Shown here in pieces: positions 1 through 11,986 of a stretch of DNA of 64,000 nt. Made by a program: the position numbers and the translations under genes. The stretch covers positions 1,550,001 through 1,614,000 of the forward strand of contig JAYWIR010000024.1 of NCBI GenBank assembly GCA_036172245.1, read 5' to 3'. The notes beneath the pieces are model-generated. The model searched no databases and was not told the origin of the DNA. It saw only the letters and a program-made list of their open reading frames with translations. Position 1 is the first letter of the stretch; each line of letters starts with the position of its first letter. The DNA is from Raillietiella orientalis. Lineage: Eukaryota.

Positions 1-967
1 TTCCCCCCAGTGGGCAAGAGTTCCCAACGAACGAGGGAATCGCAGGGTAGATGGAGGAGGACAAAAGCGCTCCGAAACAATTCCAGCGACTGCGAGAATT
101 TATCTTCATAATTTGGGAATTGTATATGAATAGTGATCTTGAAATGAAGAAAAACTCCTAAAGCTCGGAGAAGACGCGATCGGGTGAGAGGGAGCTGGTG
201 ATCTCCGGGCCTTCTCCAGCGGCCGGGGAAGGGCAGGACAGGTGTCTGCCCCATCCGTCCCTGGAAAGGAGTCTCGCCGGTCCATTGAGGCGGCTCAATC
301 TTCCTTGCAAGCTTCGCCGATAAAGGCCGCGTAGCGAGCAGGCTGACCGTAACCCAAGGTCGACTCGGGGACAGATTCTGGACGTGAAGGCCCTTGGTCA
401 AGCGTCCTGACGCAGAGACGGGGAGAGGGCCATCTGCGCAGAGGAGTCGTGGAGGGAGGGCAGCACGCAACTCATCTGAGGGAAGCGCCTGCCCAAACCG
501 GCTGCGTCAGGGCATTTTGCAGAAGCAGCCTCTGCAATGTCGAAGTCGAATGGACGCGACATTCGGAGACCACGCGCGGCGATCTCTAAGCAGATGACTC
601 CCCGCCGTTCTGGCAACCTCGCAGGCGCAGTGCCGACTCGCAGCATGCCTTTGGTTTCCGCTCCGGAACGAAAGATGCGGTTGCTAAGTGACATGCACCT
701 TGCTGCCACTCTCGAAGGTACCCCGAATGCAACAAAGAGGAAGGCGAAAGTAAAAAACAGAGCAAAAAAAGATTGACCTCAGCGGACGTCGAAAGTGTGT
801 GGCCTTGAAATTCCATTCCTGCCGTTTGTGGTGATGTGGCATGACGCAAGGCCGATGAGAACTTTAAAGCATCCGCTTGTTTCTTTGTCTTTTATAGACT
901 TCAAAATGAAGGGGGGAAAGTAAGTATTCGGTGGCCATTTGACCATGATGCTTCGAGCGGTCTCGGG

Positions 968-1527
968 TCAACAATTGACATTTTTCAAGAGCTCGAAGCA
1001 GGTTGCAAGAGCACCTTGTCCGATGCAGAGAGGGACAACTTTCGTCTCCTTGAGTGATGCTGAAGTTTCCCATAAGGCAGTGCAGCGCGGGGCAAGATGC
1101 TCTGTACTCCTCCGATGTCGAAACTCCGCCGATACTTCGTGACGTTCGCGAGTAGCAGGCCCTGGGGAACCTTTGTCTTCCAGCCACTTTTCTTCCTGAG
1201 CTCTTTCCGAGGTGCGGAGGGCAAGCGGACGCACTCGCTCGCTTGCCCACGCTGAACTGACCGGACTCACGAGCTGGCAGGTTGGCACGCCTAGATCCAG
1301 CGTCCGGCAGCATCTTCGGCAGCACGCACCACTGCCATGTCGGAGACCCGTCGGAGGATTGCATACGTGCTGAAACTTTTCCAGAGGGGCAACTGCTGCT
1401 GCCGGCGCTCTCGAGTCTCGGCTTGTTCAAGGAAGATGGCTGACTGTGCAGCACGACTTACATCACGGGAGCGTGCGACCACCCAGCTGTTTGCTGATAC
1501 GGTGAGCTGCAGCTTCGAGGGAGCCAA
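968..1527 (-). pseudogene. Tentative MCMDC2/MCM-family C-terminal relic
   Basis: Two offset frames give MAVVRAAEDAAGRWI, then VRPLALRTSE and AEFRHRRSTEHL...ALWETSASLK. These resemble, from memory, the MCM AAA-lid helices of MCMDC2. Needs a stop read-through and a frameshift. Confidence 0.3.
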
Positions 1528-1989
1528 CGGATGGGAGCGATGAGGTGCCGTTTTAGCTAGCAGGCGGTCAGGTGCATTCCCACGGGGCGGTACTGCAGTC
1601 TCCTGAGGTCATCCTCCACGAACACTGACTGGTCCAGAAGCATAAGCGGAAGACAGAAGAAAGATCCAGTTTCGCGCCAAGGAGAAAGGTACGGCTTCAG
1701 GACGCCCTCGTCGTTTCACCCGACCGGGAGCCCAGGACAACCGAGGGTAGTGTGAGCAAGTAATCAAGAGAAAGGGGGTGATATGATGGTTCGACACCCT
1801 TCTTAGAGTATATCCTCCATTCGTACAAAACCACCATAACCCAACGCAAACACAATCATCATCCCGATCTTCATCACCACTCGAGTCCTGAACTCCAGTA
1901 CTTACAACATTAGGCCCTCCAGACACCAATACATCGCCCCCGTCCTACTCTCAAATCCTCATCAACACATCTTGAATCACCGTTATCAT

Positions 1990-2395
1990 AAAATATCCCT
2001 CCAGTTCTGCTCCTATGAGAATCCCGCAATCATAGCCCTCCTACTCGCTATTACCTCCCTATCCACCACCATTCTCATTAACTCCTCTCCCGTGATCATG
2101 ATGTGCCGTTATTCTGCGCCTCGCCTATGTCGGAGGCATTCTCATCACCTTTGCCTACATCACATCCCTAACCTACAAAGAATTATCCACTCTCAATATC
2201 CCAAACCCCTACTCATTACTCCCTTATTTATCCTTCCTTTCATGTCCACTCATCCCATCCACCTACCCACGTCTTCCTCTTCCACACACTTTCACGAACG
2301 AATGTTTCCATAACCTGATTTCTCATATCATACCACAGAATAACACTCATCATCATCATCTCACACAGAGTCCTCCAGCTCGAAATCATCCATCC
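1990..2395 (+). pseudogene. nad6: Mitochondrial NADH dehydrogenase subunit 6, degenerate
   Basis: NPAIIALLLAITSL and YVGGILITFAYITSL (2126-2170) match the conserved ND6 core GG.L..F.Y..SL. Lies immediately upstream of cob. Confidence 0.8.
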
Positions 2396-2399
2396 ACAT

Positions 2400-3440
2400 A
2401 TAATCCTCGGTTCCCTTCCTTGATAACAAACCTCAATAAAAAAAAAATAAAAAAATCAAGTATATACTCAACACACCTATACCATCAAGCGTTTGCTATT
2501 TCTGAAATCCAGGACTCTCGTAGGAATTCTCCTTACCAACCAGCTAATCACAGGAATCATTGTTTCTTTGCACTACGCCCTACATACCAGAGAAGCTTTG
2601 GTGTCCATCATCAGTCTTGAAGGCAATGACGCCAATGGCAATAACTTCTACGACACCCCCTCTAACGCTGTCTCCCTATTCTTCTTGACAATTTATCTCC
2701 CCATTCCTCCGCACACTTTATTACTTCTCCTACAAGAATACCACAGTCTGAATACCAGAGCTCTTATCCCTCGCGCTCCCCCTAATAATTTTAGAATACG
2801 GCTTTCTCTGAGGACAAATTACCTTCCCGAGTAGCTACAGTCATCACCAACCTATTCGCCGCCATTCCCCACATCGGTTAACAGACCATTTCATTTCTAG
2901 GACGAAGTCTGTTCGTCTCCAGCGACCGATTCTTCTTCCTCCATGCCATCTTACCCATACTCATAACTGCAGTTAGAGCGCCACACCTTTATTTCTTCCT
3001 GCCATCTCTGCTTACTGTTAAAGATCTAATAAGCCTTTTACCATGCATCACCCTTCTCTTCTTCACATCAGCCTTCACGTATTTTGTATCAGAAGAAAAT
3101 TTTTTACCTTTCAACCCACTCCTCACTCCTTCCCCCATGCAGCCTGAATGATACTTCGTCTTTGCCTCCAGTATCCTGCGCTCAGCACCCAGCAAACCAG
3201 GAGTCACTACTCTCCCACTCAGGATCCTAATTTTAGCCATCCTCCCACTTCGCAAACTTCCCTCTTTCCCACCATCACGCTGCTGCCTCTTAAAAAAGCC
3301 ATCCTCCCATTATTAATTGCATCTTTCTCGGTTCTCACACGACCAAGAACCCGAACCATCACCTCGCTGATCCTCAATTTCTCTCTCTCTCTCTTTCGAT
3401 TTTCCATGCTGTTTCCGCTGCAACCCCCACAGTACCATCC
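2400..3440 (+). pseudogene. cob: Mitochondrial cytochrome b, degenerate
   Basis: Motifs in order with TGA=Trp: QLITG..SLHY, SLFFL.IYL, WGQ, ATVITNLF.AIP, RFFFLH.ILP, and NPLLTP..QPEWYF (PEWY at 3143-3154) followed by ILRS.PSK. Several frameshifts. Confidence 0.93.
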
Positions 3441-3659
3441 TTGGTAGTCCGTTCAAAACATCGGATTCTGTCGAAGTCGAAGAGCAATAGGAGCCACCTT
3501 ACCCCCCTCCCCCTCAAGAAATATTCTTTCAGTAACCAAAGCTAACCTTCTCGTAAGCCGACTTGCGTGCCCCCAACTCCCTGTTGCCATCATCGCCACC
3601 CTACGCCGCAACAGCGAACGACACCTACGATTCAGGATAGCCTCACAATTTCATTCCTG

Positions 3660-3938
3660 CATTTTTGCTTGTGAAAGATTTGTTTCCATTTCATTGAGAA
3701 TAATTATCTAATTTTATATTATATAATTTTTCACTTCTTAATTATGAATCTATAGAATGTTTTTCATACAGATTGAGATTTAATATGATTATTATATTGA
3801 GGATTTTTGGAAAGTTTGCTTCCACTGATATGACTGATATATTTAGGCGAATAATCATTTTAGAGAAGGATAATTAAATAAAAACAGTAAACTCCAAATG
3901 ATTACAAAATGTTGCAAATGTTGGCTCATAAACTTGCG

Positions 3939-3982
<44 letters not shown>

Positions 3983-4330
3983 CGTAATATACGTAATACA
4001 TATACGTATATATATATAAGAGTGTTATATCTTATTCCTAAAAATATTTCTGCATTGATTATAATGAAATTTTGTGAAATTCATATAAAAATTAAAAAGC
4101 TGATTTAACATTTAGACGAATTGTTTAAGAGTTCATAAATCGATGTATTTGATTTACTAATGTGAACAGGAATAGATGTATTAAAGTTAGGATTTGATTA
4201 TGCTTTGGCTGTTGGTAATACTGCTTACAGATGATTTATCATTAATTTGTGCAATGTAATATGCGCAAAGAGTTTTTAAAAAAAATATGAATGAACAATA
4301 TCTTTAATAATTAAAAAAGCATTCCGATTG
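3660..4330. other. AT-rich segment with (TA)n, probable mitochondrial control-region remnant
   Basis: Very AT-rich, with a TA microsatellite at ~3939-4018. Abuts the 5' end of rrnS, as an arthropod control region does. Confidence 0.5.
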
Positions 4331-4339
4331 GGTAATCGC

Positions 4340-4892
4340 TAGAAAATTTTGCCAATTACGTGTTAGCAGTCGCTGTTAAGCGTAAGATTTGAATTGATGC
4401 TGGTATCTCTGATCTGATGAAAACCGTGGATGGACTTGGTATGTAGGTGTTCTAAGAACGTAAACTACTGCTTATAAAATAGAATCAGGTACTCTCATAT
4501 GAAAACTGGATGATCAGGGATGAGGGAAGGGACTTGCATGATCTGGCGGTGGTGGGAATTATTCGGAGAATTCGCTCAGTAATTGATAGTCTGCGGAAAA
4601 ACCTCCTTTTCAATGCTTGTGCATGGTTGCTTTAATTACGCAGTAGTGGTTAATTTCCTTAATAAAGTGGTCAAAATTGGTAATCATGATGCCGAGTGAA
4701 AAGGGACAAGGGTGAACTATGGTGTGTCAAGCTAGGATTTATGGATGTAACTCTACATTGAAATGACACTTGAGCTGTACGTTTGTATGAGGACAGGAGG
4801 AATGATGAACTCTTTGAGTTCAAATCGCCCGTGGCTCTGGTGCAAAATTAGCAAGTCGTAACATGGTAGATGCATTGGTAGGTGTACCTGGG
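4340..4892 (+). rRNA. rrnS: Mitochondrial 12S rRNA (degenerate copy)
   Basis: Degenerate SSU motifs in order: gtgttagcagtcgc, atctggcggt, gtaattgatag, atcgcccgtggctct, and the 3' helix aagtcgtaacatggtagatgcattggtaggtgtacctgg (4853-4891). Confidence 0.88.
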
Positions 4893-4949
4893 AAAGGGGT
4901 AGAGGTTGCTGAAGAAGAGGATCCTCTTGAAATTGATAGTTATGGGCTG

Positions 4950-5965
4950 TTGTGTTATAGTATGTGATTATTAGTAGTAAATTGATTGAATAGTGATGGG
5001 CAGCAGTTCTGGAAAAGAGTTGGAAAGTAGGATGGAAGTACAACGTTTTGTATCAAATTAGAATGAAATGAAAACTAAAAATTTGATATTAGAGTTAAAT
5101 AGACTTGATGCTGCATGTAGCAAAATACAGTGAGGTCTTATTCGATGATGATAAGCTGACAAATGTTATTGATGGGTAAAGAATTGTGTGTGTGTGTGTG
5201 TCGTAAATGTGGAATGACGAATGGAATGATGGGCTTAGGCATGGCTATTGTAGGGCTTTCATCCCGAATTAAAAGTCAATTCTTAAAGTACTGCATGTAT
5301 GGAACGTGATTAATAATGAATTACGTGAAACAGCGCCTCAATTAGTGAGGGTTAGGAAAGTGAGGGAGTCGTGAATGGAGAATATGATAAGGAGTTGGAC
5401 GAAAACTCACTTGAAATGCTTTTTGAAGGCATTTCAGTACGAAAGATGTGTTGTGAGGTCTGCTCAGCACATTGGCAAGCCGCTGAGGTCTTTTGACTAC
5501 GAGTAATAATTAGCAAGTCAGCCGGCAGCGTCGATGAAAGATTGCAGCAGCAAGTTGAGGCTGTCTTATTTTGAAGTTCTGAATGAGATCTCATCGTGAA
5601 AAGCCCATAGGGAATTTAGAAGACGAGCAAGCCCTTCAGAACTAGGTGTTTCTTGGAAGTAGGACGAACGGGGGCAAGATGAAAGTTTACCATGCTGTCT
5701 GGGGCGAATGAGGAAGAACAGATCTTTCACGGTTAAGAGATTCGTTAGGAAACAGTGGTGATCTTGAAAGGGATAACAGGTGAGGGGCAACAGCGTGATT
5801 TTCCACGCAGAGTTCCAACTGATAGGGAAGTTTGCGACCTCGACGCTGAATTGGGTATCCATAAGGTGCAGCAAGTCTGTTGGACCAAAAATCGTATAGG
5901 ATTTGAGTTTAGATCGGCAGCCAAATGGGTTTCTATTTTTAGCTTTTAAGCACGAGCGGATTGAG
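4950..5965 (+). rRNA. rrnL: Mitochondrial 16S rRNA (degenerate copy; 5' boundary approximate)
   Basis: LSU motifs in order: aagacgag, ctggggcg, agggataacag (5769-5779), tgcgacctcgacgctgaatt (5833-5852), gtctgttggacc, tttgagtttagatcgg, ggtttctat. Confidence 0.88.
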
Positions 5966-6229
5966 AAAGGTTGGGGGGATCTTTTGAGGAAAATCGTAAA
6001 ACTTGTTGATGGTTCTACAAGAGGTTTTTGAGGCAATAACGGTGTTGCCGCGTGTAGTTCACGTGACTCTGGTTGAGAGTAAGATTTTGGGGACACTGAC
6101 GAATTAAGGGGAAGGTAGGGATGGGGTTGGTGCAGCCTGCAGGAGATGGGTCGAAGTTGTTAGGCAAGAGGTATTATGCATTAATACGTAGCAACAAAAC
6201 GGGTTACAGGTCACGTACTTAATTTATTG

Positions 6230-6500
6230 GCAATGGTAAAGGTAATTTGGGATGGGGGTGGGGTAATGAGAGGGGTGATGAGATTGGTATTATTTGCATG
6301 CCATTTGATGGGAAGGAAGTATGAGGCGTCGATGAGCATTGCACGTGAACAATATGTACAAGTGCATTGGTGCAGTGCGTTCCGTTGCCCAGGTGATTCC
6401 TTAGGAAATGCGTATGGATGGGGGTGGTGATGCACGAAGGCAGGCATGGATCGGGATCGAAGGCGGGGAGGTGGTTCATGCTTCCAAAGTTAGATCGGGT
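6230..6500 (+). pseudogene. nad1: Mitochondrial nad1 5' part, highly degenerate
   Basis: Lies after rrnL on the same G-rich strand. A hydrophobic start followed by LMGRK weakly resembles the ND1 L.ERK motif. Confidence 0.45.
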
Positions 6501-6559
6501 AGTCACGTGGACCACTGTGTGTTTGGCGGAGATCGGGAGGGGAGCTCGCAGGCACGCAC

Positions 6560-6712
6560 GCCGGCGATGGCCCGAGGACGGCAGGAGACGACGCCGGCGA
6601 CAGGAAGACGGTGGGAAGATGATGGCCGACGAAGGAGCACCACGAACCCAGTGCCTGGGCTATTAAGCCGAGGTCGAGGCACGCGAGCCGCCGACCGGCT
6701 TCCAGGAGCAGC
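6560..6712 (-). pseudogene. Frameshifted probable exon 8 of the Patched/NPC1-like gene (SSD helices)
   Basis: After a ccAG acceptor it reads LLL..G..LACLDLGLIA..LG..CSFVG, as expected for the next SSD helix, but it is one base out of phase and has further indels. Confidence 0.5.
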
Positions 6713-7277
6713 CTGGCCGCATGCGAAGACCGCGGCCGGCCGAGAAACCAACGAATGACCGTCGTCGAGCGAAGGGAAAAAAAGAACGACAGCGACGCGC
6801 ACGCACCCCAACTCTGGTGCGAGTGACGTGCCTGGCAGGCGACCTTGAGGGCTTCTTCGCTGTCGGCGGCGCCGCACCGCCTTTCCGTTTCCGGAGCGAG
6901 TCCCGGAGTGCAGGTGCGCTTCCATCCCGCCGGAGGAGGAGGAATCCGAGTCCCTCCTTCCGCAACGAAGGGGTCGCCTAAAGAAGCTGAAAGGAGCGGT
7001 CCCGGAACTCCTCCAGAAACGAAGCGAGTTCGAGTTCTGCGCGGCCGGGCGCTGCGCCCGCGACGCAACGACGGGAGGCCGCGGCAGGTCAGCTCGCCAA
7101 AGACGCCACGGTCTACAGGGTCCGCTGCGGCGAGCCTACACGTGGAGCCCGCCGGCGGGGGAGGCGCCGCGCTGGCCTTTGCTCTTCACCCGACCCGGTC
7201 GGAGGTAGACCTCGCGCTGCCGGAGGTCTGGCTCGCCCCTCCCTTCCCCCCCTCCCACCTCGTCCCAATCCCCCTAC

Positions 7278-7398
7278 CTTTTGATGCAGCCGAGTGTAGC
7301 TTCCCAACATCAGGCCGACGTAGATGAAGATGAGGGCGAAGCCAGCGAACAAGATGGGCATGTGCTGGTTGACCACCTCCTCGATGCCGTCGTCGTAG
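7278..7398 (-). CDS. Patched/NPC1-like exon 7 (YDDGIEEVVNQHMPILFAGFALIFIYVGLMLGSYTRLHQK), first SSD helix
   Basis: cccgcAG acceptor and GTAGGG donor. Encodes a hydrophobic TM helix of SSD type. Phase 2 to 0. Confidence 0.88.
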
Positions 7399-7594
7399 CT
7401 GCGGGCAAGAAGGTGCGTGAGTGAGAGTCGCTCCCCTTTCTCTCCCGATGCGGAAGAGAGCGCCGGGAAGAGCGCTCGAGGGACGCGCCGGAACGGGCGG
7501 CGGGAAGAAAGGAAGGTGCAAGGGATGGGTGGGGCTCGGCGCCAGGTCGAAGCTCCAGAGGCGAAACGGGGTGACCGTCCTTCCTCTTCCTCAC

Positions 7595-7701
7595 CTGCGG
7601 CTGGCGAACGCGTGCACCTCAGTGCCCTGGGGCTTCGGCAGGCTGGTCCGCACCGTCTGCTGGATGAAATTGCTTTCCCACTCGTCCACCAGGTTCGTCA
7701 C
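7595..7701 (-). CDS. Patched/NPC1-like exon 6 (VTNLVDEWESNFIQQ...EVHAFASR-S)
   Basis: gagcAG acceptor and GTGAGG donor. The WE..F motif and 'ASRS' precede the sterol-sensing domain. Phase 0 to 2. Confidence 0.88.
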
Positions 7702-7949
7702 CTGCTCGAGAGGGGAGAGATGGTACGCATTAGAATGTCCTGGATGAGTCACTGTGAAGGCGGAAAGCAGACCTTGAGGGGAGGGGCGCTCAGAGAGCTT
7801 CCCCACTCCTCCTGACCCCCCGGAGTCGCTTCCGAACCGCGAGAAAACCCTACGCCGCCTTCCGGGGGAGCAGGAAGAATACGCTGAAGTCGGGCTCGTT
7901 GGGTGTGTGCCATTCCTAGGAGGTGCGTCACCGGACGGGTGGTCCCCTG

Positions 7950-8350
7950 CCCCAGGGCGCTGAGGGTTCCTGGACGGAATTGGCTGCCACTCACGCACGC
8001 ACCCTGCAGGTGGAGGGACCAGGGAACCGAAGAGAAAGGATGCTTCCAGACCCTCAGGCAAAGACCTCCTCCGCAAAAATGACAACAGATGCCATAGGCG
8101 GACCGATTCCGAGGAGATGCTGGAGGAAGGGAGACGAGGTTGACAGGGAGAGTTGTGGAGGACGGCGTAGCCCCTGCCAGGAACAGTGGCAAAATACCCC
8201 TACGATCACCAGCTTGTAAGCTCGGCTCGTCAGTAGGAGGGGAAAAGGTGGTGCGCGCCCCCCCCACAAAAGGTGCGAAGTCGGGTCATCGCAGCTCGAA
8301 AGAGTCCTCCAGTGTTTAGAAGCCTCCCGGAGCCAGAAGCGCAAGAGGGG
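7950..8350 (-). mobile_element. Intronic LINE APE fragment
   Basis: LRRPPQLSLS...FLQHLL...VVIFAEEVFA resembles the APE YRPP...VIIAGDFNA segment. Confidence 0.33.
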
Positions 8351-10588
8351 CACTGGGGATGGCTGGTGCTCCGCAGCCGAGCGTCTTCCGCATGCGTGTC
8401 AGAGATGGCGAAACCAGAACGCGCGTGCGGCGTGCCCGTACCGTGCGTGCGTGCCCACACGTTGGCACGCCGTGAGCGTTCCGTTTCCGGCGGAATAGCG
8501 TCCCAAGAGATTCAATGGTGCTCTGGGCAGTGCAGGCCAGAGCTGACCTTAGAGACTAAAGTCCACCCCGCGTGCCTGTTTCTGTTTGTTTCGCCCCTCC
8601 GCCTCCTCATATCATCTTCCCTCCTCCTCCTTGAAGTGTCGCTTCCTTTCCGCCTGCGGAGACGATGCGTAGCGGCGACAATAAGACTTCTGCATGCGCG
8701 GCTGCACCCCTATGCGGTCCGACGATCCGCCCTCGGCTCCTGACTTCCCTTTCGTCTTTTGGCGCCACACCTCAGTCAAAGACCTCCTAACAAACGAAGA
8801 GGAACCGTGGGAAGTATCATCGGATTCAGATAGTGGCTGGGTGCCCCTGGGAAATGCACATTTGCTTCAAGTACCTGGAAAACTAAGTCGCGCGCTGTTG
8901 CCCAACGTTTCTTTTTCAAAAGTAAACAACTTGAGCCTCTTCGGCTTGAAAGGACTCGGCACACTGCGCCACGTCCGTGGTGTCCCGCAAAGGCGGAATC
9001 TGTCTGAGGCGCGGCAGCAGCCCCCTGGACCACTGGGTGCCCCTGCGCACAATATTAAAAACTCGACAACATTAGGAGAAGGATGGAACAGGTGGAAGGG
9101 GCACTGAAAACCTGGAACCGTGAAGGCCCTCTGAAACAATTTCAACAGGAGTCATCTTCCCTCGCGAGTCATCTTCACCTTCGACAGTTGTTCACAAGCA
9201 CTCTTTTGCTTCAGCGACCGATTCGAAGACCCAAGGACATTTTCCGTGCAAACTCAGTGTCTTCTCCGTTCAGCAGCCTCCTCCCCATACAATATCAAAG
9301 AGACGAAATAAGGAAACCAAACCTCCTTATCCCTACAGTCCGTAACCTTGGAAAAGAGGGTTGTCGGATTGAAATGAGTAGCTTGAAAGTTCAGTTGATT
9401 CTCTGAAAAATCGCGGCAAGATGAAACACCGAAGTGTTGGCAGAAGAGCTAAAAAAAGAACAGGTTCGCTCGAAGCGGAGACGCCGTCCGGAATGGCGGT
9501 CTCATCCTGTGCGTCGGGAGAAGCGACGCGCCGCCGCAGGATGGCGGAGGAACACAGACCTCCGCTCCAGGTTCCGAATTTGCACACGCACAAGAAAACC
9601 CCCCTCCACAGATGACTCCCTCCTTCGGGCGCGCTCCCTCGGAATTGGCTCCGTGATTCGAAGGCGCGCCGCCAGGTGACCATCGAAACTGAGAGGAGAC
9701 GAAGCCTCCATGCCATCGAGAAACAGGAAGTTCTGACGGCGCCTTCGCAGGACGCCGCCTGCTTTATCAGGGGAGCACAGCATCCTTTACTTCCTCTCCA
9801 AGATAAGCTTCTGCTTCTTCTTTCATATTTTGTAGTATAAAAGCACCAATCGAGAAGCGCCTTGATTGAGCGACGGAAAGAGCTGCTGCTTCCAAAGCAC
9901 TCCGGTCAAACTCCAGAGAGGTCGGGGGAGGCAGCTCCTCGGAGGGGAAGCGACTGCGGCCCGCACAACCCAGGAATGTTGTCCGCCTGCACTGGATGCC
10001 TACAGTACCGAGAGATCAGCGGTGGAGGGAGGAGAGAGAGAGAGAGAGGGTGGATGGACGGAAGCAAGAATCGGCAATCTCAAAGGACAATAGAGAAGCA
10101 AGGAAGAAGCACCCATACCAGCATCAAAGTCAACAAGAAGCTGCAGCTTCGCAGAGATGGCTGCTGCTCCCCCCACCTCCCTCGTTGTCTTCAAGCCTCG
10201 CCCCGGTGATGCTAACCGCCGCCACGGAACCAGCAAGAGGCGGCGGTGCACGGAGGGGGTGCATACGCTCTCGACACAGCTCCCACGTCCGGACCCAACC
10301 GGGAAATCTCTCGCGAGGGCACTGCTTCCTTCCCCATGGGCTCAACTCTCGCACCAAACCTGAGATCGGCTGTGACCAGGGAGATCCCGACATCTAGTTC
10401 CACTGGGACGCGAGCAGCAGACCACGAAAAGAGGAGGTTAATGGGGGGTGGGGGGAGAACCGCAAAAGAATTCAATACTTCGCAAAAGCTGTCGGAATGG
10501 GGATTTCATCCCAGCTCCCTCCACCCCGGCCTGATCGATCGGCGGCGGTACGCACTGTCCGGGGGATCGGACAGGAAAATTCTTTTAC

Positions 10589-10718
10589 CTTTCCGCGGTC
10601 ATCGACTCCCATGACCTCTTCTTTCAATATGTACACCATCAGTGTCGCCTCGGCACCCACGATCTCCCCTTCCGGACTCATCATCAGCTCCGAAAGCATC
10701 TGCAGGTTTCTGGACAGA
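10589..10718 (-). CDS. Patched/NPC1-like exon 5 (LSRNLQMLSELMMSPEGEIVGAEATLMVYILKEEVMGVDDRGK)
   Basis: 66-bp upstream intron GTAG...aacAG; donor GTAAAA. Carries the G.IVGA.A motif. Phase 2 to 0. Confidence 0.85.
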
Positions 10719-10784
10719 CTGTTTTGAGGAGAGCTGCCACGCACTGCGAGAGGGCGCTGCAGAGCGTGACCTCAGAAACGCTAC

Positions 10785-11012
10785 CTGGGATCCAGCTGCC
10801 TCTGCACTGCGCTCAGGAGTCGCGTCCTGGTCGTACTGAGGAAGTAGCTTGGAGACTGGTCATTCCACAACTCCAGGATGCTAGACATCACGCAGCTGTT
10901 GGTGCTGGACAGGTGATTGACCATCTCCTCGAGTACTTCAGCATCGTCCACGAATGTTGCCAGCACGGAAGGGAGGGACGATTTGCCATTGATGGTTAGA
11001 AAAGAAGAAAGG
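10785..11012 (-). CDS. Patched/NPC1-like exon 4 (LSSFLTING...SCVMSSILELWNDQ...RQLDP-S)
   Basis: cttgcAG acceptor, AG|GTAG donor, phase 2/2. Carries the C..SILELW motif typical of invertebrate Patched-related proteins. Confidence 0.85.
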
Positions 11013-11986
11013 CTGCAAGACACGCGCTCGTGAGCTTGAGGAACGCTCCAGCACGACTTTACCCCACCACCCCAACCAGCAGTCTTGTGAAATACTTCGG
11101 GCGAGGTGAGCGCAAACGCAGGAATGGATCGAGGAGCCCTCGACTTCGTTTTAAGTAGAGGGAACGTCACGAATAGTTTCCGAGGATCGTCCGGCGGGAA
11201 TCGGGACAGACGGAAATTCTTTCCTTCCGATCCGATCGCAGCCAAGGGCAGCCTCCGTGACCACCGCTTCTTCACAGGCCTGCTAGTCGGTGGTACGCCA
11301 GAAGTGCAAGCAGAATCGCGAACGGATATTTCGCCTCGCTAATGGGAAGATCCCATTGAGAGCGCTCCTGTCGTCCGAGGACCATTCTCAGCGACCACTC
11401 CGAGAGGCACTCAATCTGTTCCGAAGCGCGCGCAGCTTCCCCGACAGTCCGTGTTTCACCACTTGCATTCAGGGCCTCGCATCTTCTTCCGTAAACTCTA
11501 CTGCCCCTCCCATCCACAGAAACGCCCAGAGCCTTTTCTCTTGTTGATGGGAACTCGGGGAATAAAAAAGAAAGAACAGAAAATAAATAAGAAAACATAA
11601 AGATTGGTTTGAAACACATTGACAAACAGAAGTGCATTCTTCGTTGAGAAACAATCAAAGATTTCATTTGTGTATTTATTTATTCTTTCGTCCGAAAGAA
11701 TTTTCCTTACGTTTCCGACATTTAAAAAAAAAAAAAAAAAAGTCCATCGTTTTTCATTGATTTTTCTTCGGTGAGGGTTTCTTTGGGAACTCACGTCAAG
11801 GTTTCGCTTCGTTAGAGGCTCGCATGGATTTAACCCAGGACACAAAAGAGCAGAAACATCCACCCCAAGCTCTACTTGACCTTGGGAGTCAGCACGGGGG
11901 TGGGAGGGAGCGACTAGAAGCGAGCAGAAGACTTGAGAACCATTCAGAGGAACGCCCACCACAACGTTCCATCGACACACCGGACG

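Larger units (their letters stand above)
1800..6500. pseudogene. Mitochondrial-derived block (NUMT or mis-assembled noisy mtDNA)
   Basis: Consecutive nad6, cob, AT-rich region, rrnS, rrnL and nad1 similarity. Strong C-skew in the left half and G-skew in the right half. Many indels. Confidence 0.9.

Noticed and set aside
5966..6225. Mitochondrial tRNAs between rrnL and nad1 (and after cob at ~3440-3500)
   Set aside because: They are expected by position but too degraded to draw cloverleaves or assign anticodons.
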